Translations under genes and position numbers: made by a program
Part shown: positions 1 through 13,600 of the stretch, in pieces
How the letters are laid out: each line of letters starts with the position of its first letter
Numbering within the stretch: position 1 is the first letter of the stretch
The notes under the pieces: generated by a model
The model's input: the letters and a program-made list of their open reading frames with translations, nothing else
Told to the model about the DNA's origin: nothing
Database searches by the model: none
From: Octopus sinensis
Taxonomy: Eukaryota
Assembly: GCF_006345805.1 (NCBI RefSeq)
Contig: NC_043010.1
Coordinates: forward strand, 33,790,001 to 33,854,000
DNA length: 64,000 nucleotides
Reading direction: 5' to 3'

Positions 1-182
1 CCAACGCTCGAAAGGAACTCGGCCACTTTGCCTCCGTGAGGCCCAACACTTTAAAGGAACTCAGCCACTTTGCCTCCGTGAGGCCCAATGTTCGAAAGGA
101 ACTCGGCCACTTTGCCTCTGTGAGGCCCTATGCTCAAAAAGAACTTGGCCACTTTGCCTCTGTGAGGCCCAATACTTGAAAG
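1..182. repeat. Tandem repeat, 42-bp unit x4 plus partial (truncated by window start)
   Basis: Unit CCAACGCTCGAAAGGAACTCGGCCACTTTGCCTCCGTGAGGC starts at 1, 43, 85, 127, 169 with a few substitutions and no spacers; adjoins an RTE-tailed repeat. Confidence 0.9.
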
Positions 183-291
183 ACGTTCTTTACATGCCAC
201 CAGCATGGGTGCACTTGGCTTGACAGGTCCTCTCAAGCACAGCACATCGCCAAAGGTCTCTGTCACTAGTCATTGCCTCTGTGAGGCTCAA

Positions 292-625
292 AGTTCAAAG
301 ATCATGCTTCACCACCTTGTTCCTTGTCTTCCTGGGTCTACCTCTACCACAGGTTCCCCCCACAATTAGATATTATCGCTTCTTTGCACTGCTGTCCTCC
401 ACCATACACATCACATTTCCACACCGGCACACTCATCTCTTTTGCACACCACATCTGATTCCTCTTATGCCTAACTTTTCTCTCTATGCTTACAATCTGT
501 CAAACATGCACACTGACATTGCACATCCAGTGAAGCATACTGGCTTCATTTCTTTCTCGCCTACGCATATCCTTGGCTGTCACAGCCCATGTTTCACTGC
601 CATACAGCATATCTTTTTGCACACA
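292..625 (-). mobile_element. RTE-clade LINE, degraded 3' end of RT ORF
   Basis: Minus-strand translation with stops/frameshifts reads ETWAVTAKDMRRRERNEASMLHWMCNVSVHV...EKLGIRGIRCGVQ...GTCGRGRPRKT..KVVKHDL, typical of an RTE ORF C-terminus. Confidence 0.8.
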
Positions 626-979
626 GGCATCAAACAATCAGCCTTTCATTCTGAGAGAGAGGTCCTTTGTTGCTAGCAGGGATAGGAGCTCTCTGAACTT
701 GTATATATTTCTCATCATTATCGTTGTTTAATGTCTGCCTTCCATATATAAAAGGATTAGAAAACATTGAAAGTAATTTCCATAATAATAACAACGTCCA
801 CTTTTCTTCACTTGCATGGATTACACAGAATTCATTGAAGTAAATTTTCCACAACTGCATGCCTTTCCTGTCACCAACCCTCACCTGTTTCCAAGTAAAG
901 CAATATTTCCCCATGTTTTCACAGAAAACAGGAAATAAATGACACTGCTTGTATGATAGTGAAACTCATTTATGTGCTG

Positions 980-1165
980 TCAAGGCAAAGAGTCACCAAG
1001 ACACACACGATGGGCTTCTTTCATTTTCTGTCTACCACATCTGCTCACAAGGCTTTTGTTGGCTCGTCGCTATAGTAGGTGACACTTGTCCAAGGTGCTA
1101 TGTTATGGGACTGAACCCAGAAGCATGTGGTTGGAAAGGAATCCTCTTAACAACACATCCATTGC
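980..1165 (-). mobile_element. tRNA-derived SINE (family B, CACAAGG..GACACTTG..CCAAGG core)
   Basis: Reverse complement of the family seen at 3682-3900, 4765-5100, 40710-41190, 46730-47060 and 49638-50070. Confidence 0.75.
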
Positions 1166-1515
1166 ATAACCTAATTTTCTTCATAATCTTTCATTTAAAA
1201 AAAAAAAAAATGGTTTTCTGCTACTTTTTGAGATAGCCAAACTGACACTGAAGTAAATAATCAACTCGTGAATATCTCAAACAAATGGGATTAAAACAGT
1301 GGCACTGAATTTTTCGATGGTTGGAATATGTTGGTTGAAGGAAGAGGAGGTGATGATGGCATACAGCAATAAAAATCTAATGAAGTACAAGCCTTTTCTA
1401 TGCTTTACTAATTATCTTTGTTGTTGTCTGTCATCAAAACATTTCAGGGGTATGATTTTAATTTATAAAAAAATTTTTTTTTAATAAAAAATATTCTTTT
1501 TGTTACATTTTGCAG

Positions 1516-1647
1516 GCAAATGGCCAGAATTTGGAAGACAGAGCAGTATTGAGTGCATATGGAGAGGAGGACCCATCTCAGCTGGTACATTTCTGTATCC
1601 CATACAACCATGAGTTTCATGTGCTACCAGAAAGCCAGTCAGCAGCT
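1516..1647 (+). CDS. SPPL2: SPPL2 exon (lumenal N-terminal region), phase 0-0
   Basis: ttttgcAG|ANGQNLEDRAVLSAYGEEDPSQLVHFCIPYNHEFHVLPESQSAA|GTaagc; 132 nt. Confidence 0.88.
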
Positions 1648-4600
1648 GTAAGCTAACACTTTGTATCTTTTTTTGTAGCAGGTATTCTGAGAAATTTTAC
1701 CTAGATTTGACATAAAACTGAAATCACCATAACCATCACCACCACCATCGCTACCGTCATCACCAACATCGTACCCATCACTACCATTATAGCTACCATA
1801 GCCACCACCACCATCATAACTACAATGAAGACCAACACCATATTAAACTGCAAGGCCATTACTTCCCACATAACCACAACTATCATCATAATCACCATCA
1901 TCATAACCACCATCATTATAACCACTGTCACCACCACCATCGTCATAACCACAGCCATCACCATCATAACTACCACCACCGTCATAACCACCACCACCGT
2001 CATAACCACCACCACCGTCATAACCACCACCACCGTCATAACCACCACCACCGTCATAACCACCATTATCGTCATAACCACCATTATCGTCATAACCACC
2101 ATCATCGTCCTAACCACCATCATCGTCATCATCATCCTCATAGCCTTATTAGCATAAATAATAACAATGTTGATGTAGTAGTAATTTGCTTAACAATTGA
2201 CAAGCTGACATGAATACATAAATTAACTGATTCTGTATGATTTACGATGTTCTCTGTGTGTCTCTGCTGTTGTCTGATGGGATTTTGGCTCACATTAAGT
2301 GATCTTTGATGAGAATTTTGATAAGTTCAAAATTGTGTAGTCATCATCATTGTTTAACATCCACTTTCCATGCAGGCATGGGTTGGACAGTTTGACAGAA
2401 CTGGTGAGCTTGGAGGCTGCACCAGGCAACAGTGCTGCATAACTGGCTCCCCATGCCAGTGGCACGTAAAAAGCACCATCCAAATGTGGTCAATGCCAGC
2501 CCCCTCGCCCCGACAGGCTCCTGTGCCGGTGGCACGTAAAAAGCACCCACTACACTCTCGGTGTGGTTGGCATTAGGAAGAGCATCCAGCTGTAGAAACA
2601 TTGCCAGATCAGATTGGAGCCTGGTACAGCCTCCTGGTGCAGCCTCCTGGCTTGCCAGACCCCAGTCAAACCATCTAACCCATGCCAGCATGGAAAACGG
2701 ATATTAAACGATAATAATGATGATAATGATATCTTATCAAAATTTCTAAGGTATTATTGGTTCCTCTACGAGTTTAATCAGTAGAGATGAGGCATTGCTT
2801 GTTCAACTACACAGTGTCCCCTTGAGCTAAAGAGAGTGTCCCCTCTTCTCCAATGGTTAAACTAAAAATGCTATGAACCAACAAGGGAACAAATAGCTAT
2901 ATAGTCTTTCAGCTTACCAGAAATAGTAGCCAAATCTTAAGCCTTAAATTAAACAAAACTGATTTGAATAAGAAAGGTCAGTTACATGAAACCCGAGAAA
3001 AAAAATTGCTAGAATGGAATGTTATTGACCATATATTTACTGTTCTGGGGCTAAACTGCAATGGAGGATACTTTCTAAGATCTAAGTCTTTTCCAATCTA
3101 TTGTCAATTTTCTCTGAAGAATTTTTGTGTTTATGCCATTTCAGAAGTTCTACCGTCTGGTCGACTTCAGTTCAGCCACCGGGTGCTCCGAAGATACATA
3201 TGTTGATGCCAACCTAAGTCAGGCTGTGGTCACAGTGATGCGTGGTGATTGCAGCTTCTCCGTGAAAGCATCTATTGTTGCCAAACTTGGTGCTGTTGCC
3301 ATTATAAACATTTCACCAAGTAACGAAAGTCTGGTAAGTTCTTAATGTTTCTGTATTTCTAATGTTTCTATCTGTGAACGTTTTATTTTTGCTTCATTTG
3401 CAGTGTGTATGGGTGCAAGAGGAAGGAGGCAAGTATCCCATAGGCAGGCTAGTTGATTAGCCAGCCAACAAGCCATCAGTTCATATCCTGCCCCTGTTAC
3501 TGTTTTGTATATCATAACTAAAATACTCCAATGTCTTAGTCTAGCTACCTGTAAATAGGTATAACAGAGTAGCCTACACAATGATACTGTAATAATGGGC
3601 AAGTAGTTCTTTAACTTGCGGTGTTGAGTTCTTTCTTGGATTCAGCCTAAGTAAATATTTAGAGCCCCACTGATCTCATCTAGGTGTGGCTGTGTGGTAA
3701 GAAGTTTGCTTCTCATCCACAATGCTCTAGGTTCATTCCCACTGTTCGATGCTTTGGGCAAGTGACTTCTACTATAGTCCTGGGCTGACCAAAAGTCTTG
3801 TGAGTGAATTTGGTAGATGGAAACCAAAAGAAGCCCTTTATATGTGTGTGTACATGCTTCCCCACCACTACTTGACAACCAGTGTTTGCTCATTTATATC
3901 TCTATGACTTAGTAATTCAGCAAAAAAGATATTAATAGAAGTACCAAGCTTTAATAAGTACTGGCTTTGATTTCTTCAACTAAACTCGTGATTTGTTCAC
4001 TCAACTCACTGGTGTTTGGCTCCAGAATGGTCCCGGTTCAATGACTGAAACAAGCAAATGATAAAAGAACCTGTCACCCATTGATGCATGATTCTTATCA
4101 CAATTTTGATTTCCTCATGAAAATTCCTGTTAGGTAAGTCTAGCATAGGAGCACAGGAGAAATACTTGACCAGTAAACAAACCTCTTTTCTAGCATAATA
4201 CCAGAATCTGGGAGGTGACATCCTCTCCACACATTATTGGAAAATTACATGTGCTTAATGAAAGCCTCTGTGTGCTCACTTGACCTCTAGAAATATCAGC
4301 CAAATGTTCCCCGAATCACACCCTATTGTTTTAAAAGAGTCTTCATCATCATCATTGTTTAACATCTGTTTCCCATGCTGGTATGAGCTGAACGGTTTGA
4401 CTGAAGTCTGGAAAGCCAGCAGCTGCACCAGGCTCCAATCTGATCTGGCAATATTTCTACAGCTAGATGCCCTTCCTAATACCAACCACTCCGTAAGTGT
4501 AGTTGCTGCTTTTTATGTGCCATCGGTACAGGAGCCAGTCAGGCAGCCCTGGCATTGTTCACATTCGGATAGTGCTTTTTATATACCACAGCATGGGATC

Positions 4601-7600
4601 AATCAGGGGTGCTGGCATTGGCCACATTCGGATGGTGCTTTTTATGTGCCACTGGTAAGGACAACAATTTTATGGAGTAGTTAAGGGAGTGAATAATCAG
4701 CTTCAAATGAATAAATAAATAGCCCATCAAATGTATTCATTACTGTCTCATATTTGTACGTATGTATGTGTGCATGTAGCTATGTAGCAAGAAGCTTTTT
4801 TCCTAACCTCATGGATCTGAATTCAGTTCCACTGACCAAAATCTTGTGAGTGGATTTGGTAGATCGAAACTGAAAGAAACCTGTTATATATATATATATA
4901 TATCTATGTGTGTCTATGTTTGTGCCATGCTACCATTTGACAACTGGTTTTGGTGTTTACATCCCCATACCTTAGCGGTTCGTCAACAGAGACCAATAGA
5001 CTAAGTGCTAGGCTTTAAAAAAAGTTCTGAGGTCAATTCGCTCAACTAAAAATTCTTCAAGGCAGTGCCCCAGCATGGCTGCAGTCTAATGACTGAAACA
5101 AAAAGATAAAAGACTTATACTATAGACTTCTTTTGGTTTGTCTACCAAATCCATTCACAAGACTTTAGTTATCTCAGAGCTATAGTTGAAGACACTTACC
5201 TTTGGTGCCATGCAGTGGGCCTGAACCTGAAGCTATGTGGTTGGAAAGCAAATTTCTTAACCACAGTCATGCCTATGCCTAAAACAATCACTGTGGACAG
5301 TCATACATAGATTTTCATTAATAATTTGTCTCACAACATTCACATTACTCTCTGACTTATTTGGACATCCTCTTCTTCTTTCATCATCTACAGAGCCAGT
5401 TCATTTGAATTTGTCCACTAGTTTACATATTGTTTTATCTGTTGGCTGTGCTTTGTTGAATTTCCTCTCAAACTTATTTTTGATTTCATTGTTTCTTTCA
5501 TTGGACTTAGCAGATAAGTAAGTATTACTACACATTAGTGTTTTTACTTGAAGGGTCTGGAAATGAAAAACATTTAAATTGAGCCATTTGTATTAAAATA
5601 GTACCTGACTTTGTCCACCAGGCTTTGTACAAATAATGAATTGCCAAAGAGATACGTTAAATAAAATCAATACAGCTAATGGAGTAATGATTCAAATGAG
5701 AAAAAAAATCAGATGAAGTTGTGTATACTCCAGCTGTTTATCTATAAAATGGAAAAGGAAACTAAGTGGTTCATAAGTGTTAGCTGACAGCTTATATGAT
5801 AATGAGTTGGTAGATAAGAATGCTTTTGATATAAAAATTTTGTCAATGACAAATAGGAGTTGTGAACTGTCAAGAAGAGTAACAAACATTGAACTAACTA
5901 CATTATTTACATTTGATGGATATTTGTCCTCATCTTGTTTGTTGTTAACACATTTCAACTGATATACCCACCAGCCTTCATCAGGTTCTTGGGAAAATTT
6001 CAAACCTGGGTTCTCATTCCTAAGGTATTTTTCGATGTTGTTGTTGTTATTATTATTCAGATCACTGCCTGGATCGGAATCTTGGGGCTAGTAGCCCGTG
6101 CTCTTAACCACTTCACCATATGTGGGGATAGTGGTTAAGAGCACGGGCTACTAACCCCAAGATTCTGAGTTCGATTCCAGGCAGTGACCTGAATAATAAT
6201 AATAATAATAATAATAACATCAAAAAATACCTTAGGAATGAGAAACCAGATTTGAAATTTCCCCAAGATACCTGGAGGGTATATCAGCCAAAACGTTGTG
6301 TTAACAACAAACAAGATGAGGACAAATATCCATCAAATATAAATAATGTACATAATTCCTCATCTCTTAAATATAGAACTGTATTGAACTAACTAGTTTG
6401 TATGTGAGTATTTAGTCAACAGTAATACTTGTTTAGTCACATTGTTTTGAATTAATCATGTATTATCTCATAGCTTTTGAGATTTTGATGGTGTGGTTGT
6501 TTATTTTTAGAACAGTGTTGTAGGGTAGGTATGAGAGGCTGGATATGGCCTGTTTGCACATAAAACAAGAAGAATATTTAGGCTAGATATGGCAGGTTTA
6601 AATGCAAAGGGGTTAAATGCAGAAATATATTATGGGGGTTAATTCAGAACATTTTAGAGAAACCTAGAAGGAAAAATAACATTTTTATTATGATGTAATA
6701 TTGTATATGTAAAATGATATTCCTGACTTGTATGTAATCTTTGTTTTTGTGTCCTTATTTCACAGATTATCCCTGGGGGTAATAAAACTGACTACATGAA
6801 CATCAACATCTCTGTGGCTCTAATGAGGGATATTGAATTTGCCACTATTAAAGTAAGTGCAAGTTTCCTTTTCTTTTCACCTCTAAGACCTGAGGTGCTT
6901 ATCAAGTTATTTTCTTATTTAACACTAGCCTTATCACCATTGCTAGTAATCATTTCACTGCACAGAATTAAAACCATATACCACACAAGCCAAATGAGAG
7001 AACTTGTTTATATGTAGCAGCCAGCCGGTCAAAGGAGAGCATCACCAGAATTATCATTTTTATGTTTGCTTTCCTTGTAGATTAGGTTGGACTGGTCACC
7101 ATGATCTGAGTGAGTTCTTATTAGGAGCTACTGTATTTGTAGACCATGTCTTGTTTCAGTCTGGCTTGGTTTCTACAGCTGGACAGCCTTCCTACTACCA
7201 ATACTTTACAAGGGCACTATGTATATTTTATCAAGGTAGTATCACTACAAACATAGTAATGCTTTTGACAAGATCAAAGGGTCCTCTCAAATCTAGTCCC
7301 TGCTCATTCATTTGCATTAATGTAGTTGCCTTCTAGCCTTATAAGGCTCATTACAAGCCTCAAGAAATCTTGTCTAATCTATGCCAGCATTAAAAAAGTG
7401 ACAATGCTACAGAGATGGACAGGATGGTTATGGGTGGAATGTCTTAGCTCATAGATCTGTTCAGTCTTGAGACTAAACCACTACCCATTCCCTTCAAAAC
7501 TTTGTTGCTATGTTATTATTAGTGGAGAGCAGTGAACTGGCAGAACCATTAGAGCATGCAGTATCTTCTGTTTCTTTTTTTCAATATGGTTTCAAATCTT

Positions 7601-10600
7601 GCAGAATTCAGCTTTGCCTTTTATTCTTTCAGGTTTGTTAAAGTACTAGTCATGTAATGGGGAGTGGGGGTTGATAGTATTGACCAAGCCAACTCCTTAA
7701 AATTGCTAGCCTTGTGCTCAAGTCAGAAACACTCAAGGTGGCAAGCTGACGGAATCGTTAACATGTCAAACAAAATGATTAGTGATGTTTGTTCTGACAC
7801 TTTATTTCTAAGTTCAAATCTCACCAAGGTCAACATTATCCTTTTATCCTTTTTTGGGTCAATAAAGTAAAGTACCAGTCAAGTACTGGGTTTGATTGGT
7901 TCCCATGCTGGTGGCACATAAAAAGCACCATCCAAATGTGGTCGATGCCAGTGGCACATAAAAAGCACCATCTGAACATTGTCGATGCCAGGTCTGACTG
8001 ACTGTCTCCTGTGCCAGTGACACATACAAAGCACCATCCAAACGTGGTCAATGCCAGTGCTCCTGTGCTGGTGGCACTACACTCTGAGTGGTTAGCATTA
8101 GGAAGGGCATCCAGCTGTAAAAACATTGCCAGGTCAGATTGGAGCCTGGTGCAACTGCTGGCTTTCCAGACCTCAGTCAAACCGTCCAACCCATGCCAGC
8201 ATGGAAAACAGACATTAAACGATGATGATGATGACTAAAGCCCATCTCCCTCATATTATTCCACCTTGTACCAAAATTTGAAACTTGTTTTTTTTTAATC
8301 AAGTTTTGGTACAATGCCAGTAATTTTAGGATTAAGGCTTTAGCCAATTACAATGACATTCCCCCCACCCCAGTGCTTGTCTGGTAATCATCCTAAAGGA
8401 TGAAAGGCAGTCAACCTCAGCTGCATTTGAGCTCAGGATGTGATCCATCCTTTAAAAAGCAATAAAATAAGTACTAGTCAGGTGCCAGGGTCAATGTAAC
8501 CAACTTGCTCCTGTCCCTCAAAACTCCTGGCCTTGTGCCAAAATTTGAAATATTATTATTATTATTATTGGTGATGAGCTGGCAGAATCATTAGCACACT
8601 GAGTAAAATGCTAAGCAGCATTTCATCTAACTTTGTCCTGAGTTCAAATTCTGCCAAGGCTGACTTTGCTTTCATCCATTCGGGGTCAATAAATTAAGTA
8701 CCAGTAAAACACTGGGGTTCTCCCCCCAAATTTCAGGCCTTGTCCCTTTAGTAGAAAGGATTATTGTTATTATCATTATTATAAAGGCAATTATTGATCT
8801 AATAAATAACTTATTTTGTTGTTGTCTTTCAGCATCTTGGTGACAATATTAAATGCCAGCTGTACTCTCCGCAACCAACTCTGTTTGGACTCACGGAAGC
8901 TGTTATCTTTCTCCTTGCTCTCATCAGCATTGTCATTGGAAGTTACTGGTCTGGTGTCCTCTTCTACGAAGAGTTAGTCTCAACACTTTTCTTCTTTTTC
9001 TTTTATCTTGGAGACATTTGTTGTTTTCTTTTGTGTGTGTCTTTTGGTGTTTTTACTCCATTCTGTGTGCATATGTTTGTGTTGTTGTTTAGACCCAAGC
9101 TAACTCTGATTGAGCTGACAAAATCCAAGGCATTCTTGCCATGACCATTTCATCTTTGTTTTTTTTTAAATTTTAATACACCTAAAACTACATTATGCAA
9201 TGTGTCCTTCCATTTTTTAAAAATAATATGGTGTAATTTCAAAGGAATTTGGCTGCCATTTCTAGCAGGTTGAGCGACCATGTTGAAGCTCTCTCATCAT
9301 TTGTGTCTGTATTTGCACATTGTGGAATGGCTGAATGGTCAAGAAGTCCCCTTTGCAATCCTGTAGTTCTTGGTTCAAGACTGCTGCTGCCACTACACAT
9401 ACATATTCTAGTCACTCCTCATACATCTGGGACCGTACTATTATTCCATAATTAACATTTTAGCCTTGGCCATCTCTGCTATTGTCAACCACTCCCCTCC
9501 TGGTATCACCCCTTCCCCCACTCTTATATCCCTGCCTTCTTCCCATCAGACTCTTGCCCCTCTCACCCTCCCACCCATTATGGTCTGTAAGATGTCATCA
9601 CTCTACCTCCCCCTCTACTCCCATTCCACCTTCCCTCTCCTCAGTTACCTGAGTGCACATACATGCCCTCAGTTATTGAGTATCTATACCTATACTTCCA
9701 CCCCTATCCCTCCTCCTGCTTGAACCTAGTCTTTCTGTTATCATCATTCCCTCCCCTTTCCCACTTTGGTCAACATACTTGGCTAATGAGCAGAGTAAGT
9801 ATCAGGTTGTGAGGTCCCACTAATCTTGTCTTGCCAAGGATTCTTCAACCTCTTCACTACATTTTATAGTGGTTGGCAATAAGAACAGCATCCAGCTATA
9901 GAAACCAAATGGAATGCAGTGGCTACCAATGAAAAGCAACTCAGACTGTGATAGCCAAAGGAAGCACATGATCATCATCACTGTTTAATGTCCACTTTCC
10001 ATGTTGCCATGGGTTGGATGGTTTGACTGAGGACTGGCAAGCCAGGAGGCTGCACCAGGCTCCAGTCTGATCTGGCAAGGTTTCAATAGCTGGATGCCCT
10101 TCCTAATGCCAACCACTCCGAGAATGTAATGGGTGCTTTTCACATGCCACCAGCATGGGAGCCAGTCAGGTGGCACTGGCATCAACCACGCTCAAATGGA
10201 GCTTTTTATGTGCCACAAGATGTAAATAATAATAATAATGATGATAATGACAGCGACATTAAAAGTACTCTTCACACCTATAGAGGACATTGCTGCTGCC
10301 ACACACACTAATATTCAGCATCACATTAAAGTACTCTTCAAACTGGAAGAGTGCTGCTGTTTCTATAGACAAACATCCTAAATCACATCTAATAGAAAGC
10401 CATTTGACTGATCAGTGAAGATTCAGTTTCAGACAGACGTCCATTTCTAGCATGTAGATGTGTTTATTTGCTCTCTGCATCTTCTGCCATGCTACAACAA
10501 TGGCAAATGGTCATCTGATCTCGCTTGTTACTCACACTCTCTACTTAAGTCTATCCAGTTCTCCTCCTCTCATTGACCCTCTGTCTTCCAAAGTCATGCA

Positions 10601-13600
10601 TTAGTTCAATTCCTCCTCCTCAGTACTGTGAGCTTCTGGAGCTCCCTATTTATTACTTTTCCTGCAGACATGAACTTAAGGGCCTTCTAACTGAAGATCA
10701 TTTGCTTCAGTCTCACCATTCTGGGATGTCCTGCAGAGGCATTGTTTGTTTGTTTATAAGTTAGTAGAAGCAAGCAAAATTGTGAAACTAAGGGAGTTAA
10801 TGACTTACTCTTTAAGATAATTCGAGAGAGGTAACTTCCTTATGACACTCATACCTTTCCCAAGGATATCGATGGAGTAATTGATAGTATTTGGCCCCCA
10901 TTGACTTACACATACATACAAGTGATTGTGAGTACTCAACCATATCAGTGTCAGGAACAGATGTAAAAATGGTTGAGTGGTTAAGGTAACTGGACTACCA
11001 GCTCATTTGTCAAGGGTTCAAATCTGCTGAATGATATTTCTAATGTTCTATTTATATCAGTCTCCAGCTGGCTGTACAACATGACCTGTGTCCCTATATT
11101 TTCAAACAAGGGTATTTAGCGCCTCTACTCAACTCCAAACAATATCTGTGTATCGTGATTTCCAGGTTATTTCCCTTCATCAGCACAGAATAATTGTTCG
11201 GCTAGAGGTGGCACTGCCAAATTCCTGTTCAAAATATATAATTTACAAAATGACAACTAGTCACTGATCTATAAAATAGAAAATTACTATTTGTAAATCT
11301 CTCAACAAAAGATATCCATCCTAAACCAGGGCTACCATGTTATGTTGGTGAATAATCTTTGCTCTAGAGTATTGTTGCTGAATATCCCTCATTGAGAGAT
11401 TTACAAATAGTAATTTTCTAAAATCTAATATGGACCCCGGTTGAGATTCACTGCTCTAAATGCTTTCTGAGCCCTCAAGTGTTTGTTATGGGCTGCTGCT
11501 TAACTCTTGTTTCTTGACATAGTGACTTCTCAAAAGGACACTATTTAGATTATAGATAACAATCTCATATAATCTGGTACTTATTCTGGAAAATTCACTA
11601 GATTATAGATAACAATCTCATATAATCTGGTACTTATTCTGGAAAATTCTAAGTGAATTGAAGTAAAGTATTTTAACAAGAAGTACAGTGAAATGTCAGC
11701 AGTAGATTTAAATGATTAACCAGTGATCAGGCAGCCCAATGCGTTATCCACTCAACTATCTCACTTCTGCCTCTGTGTGTGTGTGTTTGATTTATTTGAA
11801 ACAATGAGCTCATCAAAATACATTTAGAATTCATTGATTTTGATAAAACACATTGACACTGAGTCCCAGCACTTGAAGTTCTTTTATTCCAAGTGGCCCA
11901 TCATGTTTCTTGGAAAAGATAATCCCATGAATAATTTGCCTATTTATCTCTCCTGCTCCCTGTGTGTGTGTGTGCGTGCATGCATGCATTAGCATATCTA
12001 ATATATTATAACTGCTAAATAGTCAAACATAACAAGACATGTTACTCTAAGACAAATAATGAAGAATTAATCCTTAGATAAGACTTGTTACTGTACTCTA
12101 TATGGATACATCAACATATGTAACACTATTAGTATTATGATTACTAAAATGTTAAACCTTATACAAGACACACCACCCTTATTTTTATGAATATAGTAAC
12201 CTATCTAACATCATATATTAAAGGGGTTAAACATTAAACAAGATACACTACTCCACTATATAATGCTAAAGTATTTAACTTTACACAAAACCCACTCCTC
12301 TACATTGTATGAATTATTAAACACCTGATGTGCTTCATGGCATACATATGTACATACATACATCCTTCCTTCCTTCCTTCCTTTCAGTCCACTGCTAGGT
12401 GAAGGCCACAGCATGGTCTCTCCACCAACCAGAATCTAATGTTTTCCTCATCCATGCTTGGGTTCCTAAGAATTTAACAAAGTCTTCATTCTAACTTCTG
12501 CATGGTCTTTCCCTCCTTTTTTCTGCAGGTGGTTGTCCACTCTGTCAATTTGCTATTCCATCTGTTGTCCTTTCTTCTAAACACATGTCCCACAAAAGAC
12601 CATTTCAGGATTTTTGTTTCCCAGACAATACCCATTAAACCTCAACATCAGCATATCTAATGCTTTTTCTATTGTGAATACTAAAAAATTTAAAGTTTAG
12701 ACAAAACAGTATTCTACTTTATATAAATACATTAATATATCTAACAATTTTTCTATTAATATTAAACTGTTCAATGCTTAGACAAGATGTACCTCTCTAC
12801 TTTGTATGAATAAGAAACCTATCTAACACCACACATAAGTTCCACAATGTGAACTGAATCTGCAATCCCAAGTTTGCTTATCCCTATTTTACTAACACTC
12901 TTTGGAAAGGCATGAACACCATTGCTCCAGTCCCCTGGAGTCAATAAAGCTGACCATTCAGTAGTTGTCTCAGGTCAACCAAAGCCACATGAGTAAAATA
13001 TGGTAGGCAGAAACAGTAATGTAGGCCTGTCAGAGGGCCTGTTACTGTTCTTGGATCAAAGATTTAATCATTTGATTTAATCCCCTCGTCTGGTCCTTGG
13101 ATGCCACAAAGCAGAGTCCACTTTATTGCAAATATTTGGGCCAGGTTTCCAGTCTAAAGATAACTCTCCCTTCCTCCCACCTATCTCCATGGCTCTGAAA
13201 AAAAGTTATGGGCATTGCTATCCCTTTGCTGCTTTAAGCCATTAAAAAATATTTTTTAAAAAATCATGAATGGTCAGTCATTAAATTCATCTTATTTAAC
13301 TTACTGGTGCATGGCATCTATAAGTATTTGTCTACCTTTCATCATTAACCCTTTAGCATTTAAACTGGCCATATCTGGTTCATATATTGTACCAGTTTTA
13401 TGTTAAAACTAACCAGATTCAGCCTCTCACACCTACCCTACAATGATATTCTAAAAATAAACAATCACATCATCAAATTCTCAAGACTTTAAGATAATAC
13501 ATGATTATTTTTTTTAAATGTGGATACATAAGCATTACATTTGATAAATTAATCTGAATGCTAAAGGGTTAATACAATGAATACTAAACCTTCTAGAACG

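Noticed and set aside
1-182. CRISPR-like array of 42-bp repeats
   Set aside because: Units are contiguous with no unique spacers; eukaryotic context and no cas genes
1701-2157. 110-146 aa ORFs rich in T/I or M/V
   Set aside because: Translations of an 18-bp minisatellite; no splice signals or domain similarity
3241-3249. RGD integrin-binding motif in the PA domain
   Set aside because: Part of the conserved RGxCxF PA-domain signature; likely incidental
6123-6190. Functional tRNA gene
   Set aside because: Has A/B boxes but no complete cloverleaf and continues into a repeat body; it is a SINE head, as are the heads at ~55375 and ~61040-61113
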